A stretch of DNA of 64,000 bases from an uncultured Candidatus Saccharibacteria bacterium (lineage in GTDB: Bacteria; Patescibacteriota; Saccharimonadia; Saccharimonadales; 2-12-FULL-41-12). A program made the position numbers and the translations under genes. Positions 17,190-25,648 of this stretch are shown here, piece after piece. Each line of letters begins with the position of its first letter. Positions within the stretch are counted from its first letter, which is position 1. Under the pieces are notes generated by a model, which had not been told where the DNA came from, searched no databases, and saw only the letters and a program-made list of their open reading frames with translations. Where the stretch lies: positions 469,788 to 533,787 of the forward strand of contig CAMTYB010000001.1 in the NCBI GenBank assembly GCA_947085855.1, written 5' to 3'.

Positions 17190-17657
17190 TTACACTTTGT
17201 TTAGCACAAATCGAACAATGACTTGAGCCAGTGCTACGATGATTAGACCAATAATTGCATAGATAACTGTGTTTTTGGCAGATGAAACATTACCCGAGTC
17301 ACCACTGGAGGTAATGAACTTAAAGCCGCCCCAGATGATCATGATCACGGCCACAATGCCGATAATGACCGACAGAACATTGATGATCTGTGTGATTAAT
17401 TTATTAAGTTTATCTTCGGCATAGGTACCATCTCGTTCACTTTGGGTAATTTGGCCGTCGCCGTTAAGATCTTTATTGTCACACTTTGCGTCATCTTTGC
17501 TCAGAGATAAATCGGCGCCACCGCATAAGTTACCTTTGATGTTTTGTGCGCCCACCTGTGGGGCGGCTAAACTTGTAGCGGCAACTGCTAAGAGCACGGC
17601 TGTGAACGCGGTAATTATGAGTCTTGCTATGTTTGTTTGTATGGTTGTAGCAATCAT
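17190..17657 (-). CDS. T4SS pilin-like protein, paralog 2 of 7
   Basis: Signal peptide and Cys pair 'LCGG...KCD'. The C-terminal module 'IIWGGFKFITSSGDSGNVSSAKNTVIYAIIGLIIVALAQ' is nearly identical to paralogs 1 and 3. Confidence 0.7.
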   Translation of the reverse strand: MIATTIQTNIARLIITAFTAVLLAVAATSLAAPQVGAQNIKGNLCGGADLSLSKDDAKCDNKDLNGDGQITQSERDGTYAEDKLNKLITQIINVLSVIIGIVAVIMIIWGGFKFITSSGDSGNVSSAKNTVIYAIIGLIIVALAQVIVRFVLNKV

Positions 17658-17662
17658 TTTTG

Positions 17663-18076
17663 TTATATCCTGTCTAGTACAAAGCGTACGATTACTTGCG
17701 CAAGCGCAACAATAATTAATCCCACAATAGCATATATAATGCCGTTTTTGGCTGAACTGACATTATTTGAATCACCATTTGAGGTGATGAACTTGAGGCC
17801 ATTAATAATGATCATGATTACAGCGACAATACCAACGATAACCGTGATTATGTTGACGATGTTCTGAATGGTCGTATCAAGTTTAGAGGTGGCTTCGGCT
17901 GATTTACAATCAGTATCCGAATTACTCAAATTAGCCCCTTTACAGGCCTCATCCACAGCGCCGTCAAACAGAGCCCCGACTGCCGGTGCTGGCTGCGCAA
18001 TGAAAAAGATGCCAAACAAGCTCACGGCCAACGTCAGCATTATATTTTTTATATAAGTCGTATTCAATATTTTCAT
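17663..18076 (-). CDS. T4SS pilin-like protein, paralog 3 of 7
   Basis: The ATG at 18076 overlaps the upstream stop (ATGA). It has signal peptide 'MKILNTTY...APAVG' and a Cys pair. Module 'INGLKFITSNGDSNNVSSAKNGIIYAIVGLIIVALAQ'. Confidence 0.7.
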   Translation of the reverse strand: MKILNTTYIKNIMLTLAVSLFGIFFIAQPAPAVGALFDGAVDEACKGANLSNSDTDCKSAEATSKLDTTIQNIVNIITVIVGIVAVIMIIINGLKFITSNGDSNNVSSAKNGIIYAIVGLIIVALAQVIVRFVLDRI

Positions 18077-18486
18077 GTTCCGATCCTTCCTAGTATAAAC
18101 CGTACCAACGCTTGGGCCATAGCTGCAATCACGAGCGCTACACATGCGTAGATAATTTGTTCTCGTGCATTAGCCACATCTTGTGGGTTGGTACCAGAGG
18201 TGATGAACTTGAGGCCAGCCAAAATAATGACAATCACGGCAACAATACCAACAATAATACTGAGAACGTTCAAAACACTCGTTAAAATGCCCTTCGGCCC
18301 AAACAAGGGGTTTTCGCCACCAGTATCGTTATCCTGACAAACAGCTGGCTTTTCATTGGCGGCCTTACCTTTGTACTTTTCGCACACACCAGGCTCTAGC
18401 ACATCAACCGCACCAACTGCGGCCACTGGTCCAGCGATTGAAGGCACTAATACTAATGCAGCCATGATCAAAAATCGCTTTATCAT
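18073..18486 (-). CDS. T4SS pilin-like protein, paralog 4 of 7
   Basis: Signal peptide and Cys pair 'VCEKY...VCQ'. Module 'LAGLKFITSGTNPQDVANAREQIIYACVALVIAAMAQ'. Confidence 0.65.
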   Translation of the reverse strand: MIKRFLIMAALVLVPSIAGPVAAVGAVDVLEPGVCEKYKGKAANEKPAVCQDNDTGGENPLFGPKGILTSVLNVLSIIVGIVAVIVIILAGLKFITSGTNPQDVANAREQIIYACVALVIAAMAQALVRFILGRIGT

Positions 18487-18785
18487 ATCCTGCCCACCAC
18501 TGTCAGAACAATAATCTCGGCGCTGAGCGCGATTACTAATCCGATTAATGCATAAATGATGGTCCTTTTGGCTCGTGAGATATTGTCGGGATTACCTTCA
18601 CTACTTGCAAAGTTGATGGCGGCAATAACAATAATTATTACCGCTACGGCCGCAAATACACCAAATACTATGGCCAATATGGCCTCGACCTGGTTTTCGC
18701 CCGCACTTACTGACGGCAGATTACTTAAGCACTTATCACCTTCGCAGTTATCAGGTTTGAATTGAGCAATGAGCCTGTGGACCAT
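18483..18785 (-). CDS. T4SS pilin-like protein, paralog 5 of 7 (no cleavable signal peptide evident)
   Basis: 100 aa with 'NCEGDKC' Cys pair. Module 'IAAINFASSEGNPDNISRAKRTIIYALIGLVIALSAE'. ATGA overlap with paralog 4. Confidence 0.6.
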   Translation of the reverse strand: MVHRLIAQFKPDNCEGDKCLSNLPSVSAGENQVEAILAIVFGVFAAVAVIIIVIAAINFASSEGNPDNISRAKRTIIYALIGLVIALSAEIIVLTVVGRI

Positions 18786-19154
18786 TTAGTTAAACCTTCC
18801 TGCGATAAAGCTTACGACAGCGGTTGCGGCTACCGCAATAAGCAAGCCTGCTAAGGCATCTGTGATTGTATTCTTGGCCTGGCTGGTCTTGTCGGGATTA
18901 CCTCTGGAAGTAATGTACTTAAAGCCACCCATTAACACGAAAACAATAGCCACCACCATAGCAATCCGAAGGAGCAGCTCGGCAATTGCGAGAGCGATGA
19001 GCCAGATATCATTAATACCGGTTAGCTTTGGCTCACAGACATCAGCTCCTTCGAGGTACTTATACCAAGTAGGGAGGCCGAAAAAGTTCTTGCTACAGCT
19101 AGCTGCAAACAACCTCAGGCTCTCCGGCACAAAACCAGCAAGCAGCGGCATCAT
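18786..19154 (-). CDS. T4SS pilin-like protein, paralog 6 of 7 (no cleavable signal peptide evident)
   Basis: 122 aa with Cys pair 'SCSKNFFGLPTWYKYLEGADVC'. Module 'MGGFKYITSRGNPDKTSQAKNTITDALAGLLIAVAA'. Confidence 0.6.
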   Translation of the reverse strand: MMPLLAGFVPESLRLFAASCSKNFFGLPTWYKYLEGADVCEPKLTGINDIWLIALAIAELLLRIAMVVAIVFVLMGGFKYITSRGNPDKTSQAKNTITDALAGLLIAVAATAVVSFIAGRFN

Positions 19155-19849
19155 TTAAAAAGTCCTCCCGGTACCAGGAATTGTATGAATGAAAAGGCAA
19201 AGATGTAGACAATCAGTCCCACCACAGCATCTCGAACTCGATTTTTAGCATTTTGGGTTGCCTCAGGATTGCCTTCGGACGAGCTGTACTGGATACCAGC
19301 GTAAATAATGGAAATAACCAGCACAATGCCCACACCAAAGGACAAGAAGCGGATAATCGCAAAAGTGAGATCCATAATGGCACCGGTGCCAGCTGGCGCT
19401 TTGTCTCCTAAACAACCAAAGTTAAACTTGGTCTTGATGGCGTTGTCACCTTGGCCACACTGATATTTAGCATCGAGACCGCCATAAAAACTACCGTTCG
19501 CAGAATCTCGGCTCTGTTTATCGCCGCTTTTTTCTTCTTTACCTTTAGCATACCCGTCGCCACATTTGTTCTTGGCACGATTACTATATTGTGGCGAGTC
19601 ACAGGCTCGATTTTGTTGCTGCTCGCCTTTATAGCCTTCTCGGTACCCGGTTCGACAGGCTTTTTCGACTTCATCGTCACCTTTACCGCAATACTCTTCG
19701 GCAGCAGTCTGGACTTGGTCATCGGACTTAACTTTTGCTTCAGCCTTAGGCGCTGCCAGAACGGCAGCAGACAGAAAAGCTGCCAGTATAGCCACGAAAA
19801 CCATAGTTTTCACAGACCGTATAGTAAAAAGAGTTGAATTGCGTAACAT
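19151..19849 (-). CDS. T4SS pilin-like protein, paralog 7 of 7 (extended 6-Cys N-terminal domain)
   Basis: 232 aa with a signal peptide and a Lys/Asp/Gly-rich region carrying 6 Cys. C-terminal module 'YAGIQYSSSEGNPEATQNAKNRVRDAVVGLIVYIFA'. First gene of the array. Confidence 0.6.
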   Translation of the reverse strand: MLRNSTLFTIRSVKTMVFVAILAAFLSAAVLAAPKAEAKVKSDDQVQTAAEEYCGKGDDEVEKACRTGYREGYKGEQQQNRACDSPQYSNRAKNKCGDGYAKGKEEKSGDKQSRDSANGSFYGGLDAKYQCGQGDNAIKTKFNFGCLGDKAPAGTGAIMDLTFAIIRFLSFGVGIVLVISIIYAGIQYSSSEGNPEATQNAKNRVRDAVVGLIVYIFAFSFIQFLVPGGLFK

Positions 19850-19959
19850 GTTTGTATTGTGTTCCTGGGCTAAATTATGCCCTGATTATCTAAGAAAAGC
19901 AATACATGCGCGTCTGATTAGCTTATCTGTGGAACTTTATTTATTAGGTAGCATGGCTT

Positions 19960-21075
19960 ATGATTAATAGAGAGAGTTCAAATCAATATATTGACATGTT
20001 CAAAACAAATAAGTTTGTGACGTACGCACTAAGGGGCTGGGCATATGTAGCGGCAGTCTTAGTTCTGGCGTCCTCATTTAGCGGCTTTTTGTTTCTCATA
20101 CCTCAGTCAGTCGAAGCTGCCGGCGAACAATACGTTTACCGATACGACGAAAAAAATACTGACCTCATCAAGGACCTGCAGAAAGCTTTCAAAGATAAAG
20201 ACTTCGAAGCTGACACGCTTGATAATGATGCAACGCGCATCTTGGTTCGCGGCGGTATCTTTGGCGAAGAGCAATTCATGCTCAAGTACAGTGCCGATTA
20301 TTCAGTGTCCAACAAAGACGGATCTTCTAAAGTCAAAGAAACTGGCTTTAAAGAAAAAGAGAGCGACAATGTCAAGGTAAATGGCCAAAACCCATTTACA
20401 TACCAGATGCAGTACTACTGCGACAAAAACTCAAAGAAAGTTACCTCTAAGCAGCCTAGTGGCGCCCGTTACTTAGTTAATGCAATAGCGTACGTTGATT
20501 TAGGCCCGAATTTCAACAAAAATCCACATAAATTCCGGGTAGCGATTGATTCAATAAGCTATCGTGACTCTACTAAGCCGAATGAACCTACGCCTGATGC
20601 GAAAAATACTGGCGAGATAAATGGCAACCCTCTGAAAGACGACCAGATACGCTCCAGTGGCATTCCTCGCGACTGCCTGCCGACATATAGCGCAACAGCC
20701 GATTACAGCCCAGCAATGCCCAACTATAACCAACTCTCTAAAGAAGATCAGGAAAAGTGGAATGAACAAGCGGCAGCGGCCAACTCTGGCGGTGGTGGCG
20801 GAGAAGAGGGCGGCAATAACGAAAGCCCTGACTGTGACGCCAAGCTATCGTCACCACTCAGCTGGATTGTCTGTCCGGTCGTAGACATGGGCACAGCCTT
20901 TACTGACTTTGTATATACCGAGTTCGTGCAAGGCCTCCTAGAAGACGTACCCATCGGTACCGACCCCAGTAATGGCGGCTTTTTAGCCTGGCAACAATTC
21001 CGTTTACTTGGCAATATTATCTTGGTTGGAACTTTGTTAGCTGTTGTCTACAGCCAGGCGAGGGGAGGCAAGTAG
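19960..21075 (+). CDS. T4SS-associated surface protein (N-terminal anchor, C-terminal hydrophobic tail)
   Basis: 371 aa with N-terminal helix 'WAYVAAVLVLASSFSGFLFLI' and a poly-Gly/acidic patch 'SGGGGGEEGGNN'. The C-terminus is 'LLGNIILVGTLLAVVY'. Its stop lies 1 nt before the start of the next gene, which has a GGGGAGG RBS. Confidence 0.5.
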   Translation: MINRESSNQYIDMFKTNKFVTYALRGWAYVAAVLVLASSFSGFLFLIPQSVEAAGEQYVYRYDEKNTDLIKDLQKAFKDKDFEADTLDNDATRILVRGGIFGEEQFMLKYSADYSVSNKDGSSKVKETGFKEKESDNVKVNGQNPFTYQMQYYCDKNSKKVTSKQPSGARYLVNAIAYVDLGPNFNKNPHKFRVAIDSISYRDSTKPNEPTPDAKNTGEINGNPLKDDQIRSSGIPRDCLPTYSATADYSPAMPNYNQLSKEDQEKWNEQAAAANSGGGGGEEGGNNESPDCDAKLSSPLSWIVCPVVDMGTAFTDFVYTEFVQGLLEDVPIGTDPSNGGFLAWQQFRLLGNIILVGTLLAVVYSQARGGK

Positions 21076-21076
21076 C

Positions 21077-22903
21077 ATGTTAGATGCTTACGCTATCCGC
21101 AAAGCCGCTCCGCGTATTGTTTTAGCCGTAATCGGCATTAACCTTTCTATTTATCTCTGCTTGGCTGCCGTGGACATAACTAACGTGATAGGCCGAGGCA
21201 TTGCCGAACTGCTCACTACGCCATTTGTGACTGCTGATAGCTACGACATTACTGTTGATAGTAGCGTCGAAAACATCGCCGCTACCGGAGGTATCGTCGG
21301 AATATTCGTCGGTGCTGGTGGCCTCGGTGCTGCTGCGGGCGGCATTGCCGGTCTAGCCACAGCTCCGCTAGCTACGCTTGGTGCCTTACTGATTATTATG
21401 ATTCCAATTGCCCTCATTGCCCTCGCCGTTATGGCGACTATCGTTATTCGACAAGCTTTGTTGATATTCTTAATCATTGTTTCTCCGGTAGCCATAGCCT
21501 GTTTTGTGCTGCCAGGTACTGAAAAATACTTCCGGCAATGGTTCGATACTTTCGTAAAAACACTACTGGTCTATCCAATTATTGCCATCATATTTGCTAT
21601 GTCCGATGTATTTGGTGCCATCATCTTTGGGTCAGCCCAGGCAGGTAACGACTGGAGCGGTCCAGTCAAGGTAATTACCGGTGTTATTGTCATCTACGCA
21701 CCACTCGTGCTCATACCGTTTGCCTTCCGTTTTGCTGGCGGTGTTATTGGCCAAATTTCCAAGGTTGCCGCTGGCAGCGCCAGCAAGCTGGCCGATCTTG
21801 GTCCTATCAAAAACCGCCGCGCCATCGCCAAACGCGACCTGCAAAACCAGCAAATTCAACATAAATCAGACATAGCCGGAAGACTCCAAGAGCGTGGCTC
21901 ACAAGACCGAGGCTTCCTAGGTCGCCATGTCACCAATCGAGCTTACAGGGGTCTAGCTGGAGCCGTCGGTGGCTATAACATTGAAGAGCAGGCTTCTGCC
22001 GCCCGCCAAGCTATGGCTAAAACCCTTAACGATCAGATCGCTACTGGCCGCGATGAAGAAATTCGTGGTTTAACAGTCAATAAAACTACGGCCGACCAGG
22101 GAGCCTGGGCGGCGGCTGCCGCTGCAGACGGTAATACCTACGGCCAGAACGGTCTGCGTCGACGCACAGCAGACGGCAGAGTCCAGTACAAAACTCTTGC
22201 TGGAGCATGGGTGGACGACGCTCACGTGCGCGCCGGTCATGCTAGATGGGGCCGAGACAGCTTTGCTCAACAGACAGCATTGTCCTATGAGATGCGCAAA
22301 GCAGCTAACAACGAGGAAGTTGCGGATGTCTCACAGCGATACATGGACCTTGCTACCGGCTCTGGTGGCTGGGGAATGTCACAGGGCATGGCTGCTGGAT
22401 CCTTCAAGGGAGCCGGTTTCGAAAACCAAGGTGCTCACTTGGAGTTCAAACACATGAACTTCGATTCAGCCACTGGCGCTCCGCAACTTGACTACGCTGG
22501 CTTCAGTAAAGAAGCTTACGAGAAGAAGGGAACCTATGCCCTTTCTCAAATGAGTGCTCACACCTTCGATCAACTACGTGAAGCACACCGCAATGGCGAC
22601 ACCGAAACCAAGGCTCGTGTAGAAGCAGTTGCCGAATCATTCATGACCCGCTTTGGCGGCGGTGGCGCAGGGGTAGCCGGCATGGAAGGCGACGTTCCGT
22701 TGATGGAAGGCGGCAGTCCATTAGCTACCCGTGGTGCTCCTGGCGCCAGCCAGTCTCAATACCAAACTAACGCTCCTGGTGCAGCCCACGTAGCCGAGGC
22801 AGTCAGACAATTGGCTGTCGACGTTGGCGTCTATCGACCGCTTGATCAATCTACTGAAACTCATTCAGCCCAAGAACGAACTAACGAAACCAGACAAGGC
22901 TAA
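21077..22903 (+). CDS. VirB6/TrbL-like polytopic T4SS channel protein with long C-terminal soluble domain
   Basis: The ATG at 21077 is preceded by GGGGAGG. There are about 6-7 hydrophobic helices in the first ~250 aa, including the Gly/Ala-rich 'GIFVGAGGLGAAAGGIAGLATAPLATLGALLII'. About 340 soluble residues follow. The assignment rests on architecture and context. Confidence 0.5.
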   Translation: MLDAYAIRKAAPRIVLAVIGINLSIYLCLAAVDITNVIGRGIAELLTTPFVTADSYDITVDSSVENIAATGGIVGIFVGAGGLGAAAGGIAGLATAPLATLGALLIIMIPIALIALAVMATIVIRQALLIFLIIVSPVAIACFVLPGTEKYFRQWFDTFVKTLLVYPIIAIIFAMSDVFGAIIFGSAQAGNDWSGPVKVITGVIVIYAPLVLIPFAFRFAGGVIGQISKVAAGSASKLADLGPIKNRRAIAKRDLQNQQIQHKSDIAGRLQERGSQDRGFLGRHVTNRAYRGLAGAVGGYNIEEQASAARQAMAKTLNDQIATGRDEEIRGLTVNKTTADQGAWAAAAAADGNTYGQNGLRRRTADGRVQYKTLAGAWVDDAHVRAGHARWGRDSFAQQTALSYEMRKAANNEEVADVSQRYMDLATGSGGWGMSQGMAAGSFKGAGFENQGAHLEFKHMNFDSATGAPQLDYAGFSKEAYEKKGTYALSQMSAHTFDQLREAHRNGDTETKARVEAVAESFMTRFGGGGAGVAGMEGDVPLMEGGSPLATRGAPGASQSQYQTNAPGAAHVAEAVRQLAVDVGVYRPLDQSTETHSAQERTNETRQG

Positions 22904-22910
22904 TAGACTC

Positions 22911-24278
22911 TTAGACTATGAGACGAAGTTCATCGTCGCGCTGTAGTTTTTGTAACGCATCTTTCTGAGCGGCTTCTAGTATTGCTGCCCGAACTTTGCC
23001 TGGTATAAATCGTAGATCACCAACGTTTTGCGGTAATCGCTTTTGGTATCGCGCCACAATGAGCCTGCTAGTGTCATATTCATCGGGATTAGGCGCGTCT
23101 GTCGAGGCATTGTGCTTAGCTTCTTTTCTCGTATGAACAAGGTCACTTACAGTCTCTGAACCGGGCAAGCTAATGCGACGTGGTGGTCGATTGTAGGGTT
23201 TTGGTTCAACTACAAGATTACGAAGCTGAACAATTTGCTCAAGGTGACTTCTTTCGGAGTCATCGAGTAGCCATGTAGTCGGGCTAAGGCTTTCGACTGC
23301 TTTAGCAACTAAATCTTCTTCTCGGGAAAGATACGGACCAAATCTTTGACCGGTTTCCGCAGAAATGTAACGAGGCTTTGTTACTGCCGCATGATGGTCA
23401 GGAATCCTCTCTCGTGTGACAGGATCAATGGTGAAGGGGACTACGGCCTGAATGTTCTGAGCAACAAACACTCGTGACAATTTAAACAGCATGTCAGGAG
23501 TTGGCCGGTCTGGCAGCGCACCAAGACCATGGGCTATCATCTCGAGTCCTTCTTGACTAAGCTGTACTTTATCTAAATGCTCTTGAGCTACTGACGAAGC
23601 CAGCAAATCAATAAAGTCTGGGGCGTTCTTAGCAAGGGCAGAGTCGTACCCAAAATTATTTTGAGTTTGGGCAGCCATCTTTTTTGCCCCAGCGAGTGAT
23701 GCCTGCATGGTGCTGATTTTAACAAGCTGAACCGGCACTGGCTCCTCGACTTCTGGCGAAAAGAATGGGTCGACTTCTGGCAGCGGCTCTGGCGGAGTTT
23801 CTGGCTCGTCTGGTTCGTCCGGCTCGTCTTCTGGCACTTCTTCGACTTCTGGAATATCATCTGGCTCTGGAATTGTATCTTCTTCCGGCTCGTCTTCTGG
23901 AATTAGTTCAGCTTCAACCAGCTCTCCTGGTTCTTCGCCACCATCTGGACCACGACCGTCCGGCTCGTCTTCGGACAACAGCGGTTTTAACGAGCGAGTA
24001 ATGACCGGGATTGTTTGCGGCTCAGAAAGCGGAGGCCGACCACCATAGGAAGCCAGATCGTCAAACGACAGATTCTTGAAGGTATCTTGCAGAGCGAGAG
24101 CGCCGGCACGTATGCCTACATGCGCTGGAATTTCCAAACCGGATGGCAATTCAGACTCTCTATTGAGCTGATAGTTTGTTACTACTAAACCGTTCTCAGG
24201 AATATTATGATGAGCCAATTGCTCGATCTGCTGTGTTTCCTGGGGTGTATTGTTTATGTTTTCTTCTGGTGAGGCCAT
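22911..24278 (-). CDS. hypothetical acidic protein with Pro/Glu/Asp repeat region
   Basis: The ATG at 24278 gives 'MASPEENINN...'. The central low-complexity tract is 'PEDEPEEDTIPEPDDIPEVEEVPEDEPDEPDEPETPPEPLPEVDP'. No TM segment or signal peptide. ORF open to a TTG at 24419. Confidence 0.55.
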   Translation of the reverse strand: MASPEENINNTPQETQQIEQLAHHNIPENGLVVTNYQLNRESELPSGLEIPAHVGIRAGALALQDTFKNLSFDDLASYGGRPPLSEPQTIPVITRSLKPLLSEDEPDGRGPDGGEEPGELVEAELIPEDEPEEDTIPEPDDIPEVEEVPEDEPDEPDEPETPPEPLPEVDPFFSPEVEEPVPVQLVKISTMQASLAGAKKMAAQTQNNFGYDSALAKNAPDFIDLLASSVAQEHLDKVQLSQEGLEMIAHGLGALPDRPTPDMLFKLSRVFVAQNIQAVVPFTIDPVTRERIPDHHAAVTKPRYISAETGQRFGPYLSREEDLVAKAVESLSPTTWLLDDSERSHLEQIVQLRNLVVEPKPYNRPPRRISLPGSETVSDLVHTRKEAKHNASTDAPNPDEYDTSRLIVARYQKRLPQNVGDLRFIPGKVRAAILEAAQKDALQKLQRDDELRLIV

Positions 24279-24421
24279 GATTGTAACTATCAATTTTGCT
24301 TCATTAATACTGTCTACTATATTAGCATAAACTTGATAAAAATGCAATAGGCAATTATGGCTTGTCCATTGTTGCTTGATGGCTTCTCGGGAAGGGCGTG
24401 TTAAAATAAGCATAGGCAATT

Positions 24422-25597
24422 ATGGCAACACACAAAGTTATCCAAGATATTGAAGCCGAGGATAAATTCCTGGGTCCTTTGACGCTTAAACAGTTTATCT
24501 TTGCTGGTGCGGGCGTGTTTTTTATCTATTTGAGCTTTTTTGCCGTAACCAAAGGTGCAGGCTTCTTGCTTGTACTGTTTCTACCAATTGCACTACTAGG
24601 AATCTTTTTGGCAATACCGTGGAGTAGCGATCAATCTACTGAGCTGTGGGTGCTCGCTAAGCTGCGGTTTCGTTTTAAGTCACAGATTCGAGTTTGGGAT
24701 CAAGCCGGTCTTGAAGAACTTGTGACCATAACCGTACCAAAGAAGATCGAAAAGCAACTCACTAATGGCCTGGATCAGATAGAGGTGAGGAGTCGTTTGA
24801 AAGCACTGGCTGAGACGATTGATAGTCGCGGCTGGGCTATAAAGCATGCCTCGCTCAGCGAGAACTACTCACCACTACCGCCAGAAGGTGAGCGTTTGAT
24901 TGACCTACGCTCAATCCCATCGCAGGTGCCTGACACCAATCTTGCTGCTTATGAGGACGCGTTTGACGAACAAGGTACCATAGCGAACACGTTTAATCAT
25001 ATGATGGAAGAAAGTTCCGAAATTCATAAGCAAGAGTCCTTATACGTGATGGACCAGGCTCGTCGCGGCGAACCAACCCAACAACAATCAATAGGCGCCG
25101 CACCAACCAACTTTATGCCGCCCGCCAGTCCATATGCGGCACCCCAGCAGGCGCCGGCCGTGGCACCACAGGCCGCACCTGCCCAACAACAGCAGCAACG
25201 TCCTCGCCAGCCAGCCGCCAAACCACGCCAGGCAAAAGCATACGATGAAAAATCACTGAGCGATGAGTTGCGCCACCGACGTGATGAGCGCGACCAAGTA
25301 AGTAAGCATCTTAAGCGTTTCCCAGTCAACCCTGACGAGCGCGCCATCCAACCTAGTGCGGCCGACCTTGACCCAACTCTACAAACGACACCTGTCGGCA
25401 ATGATGCAACTATGGCGTCCGCAACCGATGACGGAACGGCGGCTGGACAAGCACAAGCGTCGATGACAAACACCCCTGATCCTGGTATACTTAATCTTGC
25501 TCAGAATAACGATTTAAACATCGATACAATCGCCCGGCAAGCCAACAAAAATGTGGCTCGATCGGGAGACGATGAGGTCGTGATTTCACTCCGTTAA
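24422..25597 (+). CDS. PrgI/VirB3-like T4SS membrane protein with long Gln/Ala/Pro-rich tail
   Basis: N-terminus 'KVIQDIEAEDKFLGPLTLKQFIFAGAGVFFIYLSFF' plus a second helix matches the PrgI-family pattern (Gram-positive VirB3 analogue). It sits just upstream of VirB4-like genes. The tail contains 'PQQAPAVAPQAAPAQQQQQRPRQPAAKPRQ'. Confidence 0.55.
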   Translation: MATHKVIQDIEAEDKFLGPLTLKQFIFAGAGVFFIYLSFFAVTKGAGFLLVLFLPIALLGIFLAIPWSSDQSTELWVLAKLRFRFKSQIRVWDQAGLEELVTITVPKKIEKQLTNGLDQIEVRSRLKALAETIDSRGWAIKHASLSENYSPLPPEGERLIDLRSIPSQVPDTNLAAYEDAFDEQGTIANTFNHMMEESSEIHKQESLYVMDQARRGEPTQQQSIGAAPTNFMPPASPYAAPQQAPAVAPQAAPAQQQQQRPRQPAAKPRQAKAYDEKSLSDELRHRRDERDQVSKHLKRFPVNPDERAIQPSAADLDPTLQTTPVGNDATMASATDDGTAAGQAQASMTNTPDPGILNLAQNNDLNIDTIARQANKNVARSGDDEVVISLR

Positions 25598-25648
25598 AGC
25601 GGGAACATCAATAATGTTTACTTTCAAAAGAGGTGGGAACTGATTCCT

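Noticed and set aside
16700-19837. Plus-strand ORFs (16700-16906, 16907-17155, 17476-17715, 17637-17867, 17868-18056, 18556-18765, 18862-19158, 19451-19837) antisense to the pilin array
   Set aside because: They are mirror-frame artefacts of hydrophobic-helix coding sequence. They have no RBS and no conserved motif, and the minus-strand genes show a coherent family signature and coupling.
24279-24419. A 47-codon N-terminal extension (TTG start) of the acidic protein ORF
   Set aside because: It would abut the PrgI-like gene start, leaving no promoter space, and it encodes an implausible leader. The internal ATG at 24278 gives a sensible N-terminus. The start remains unverified.
25024-25473. 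149-aa minus-strand ORF rich in Cys, Ala, Gly and Trp
   Set aside because: It is antisense to the GC-rich Gln/Ala/Pro low-complexity tail of the PrgI-like gene, a typical shadow ORF.
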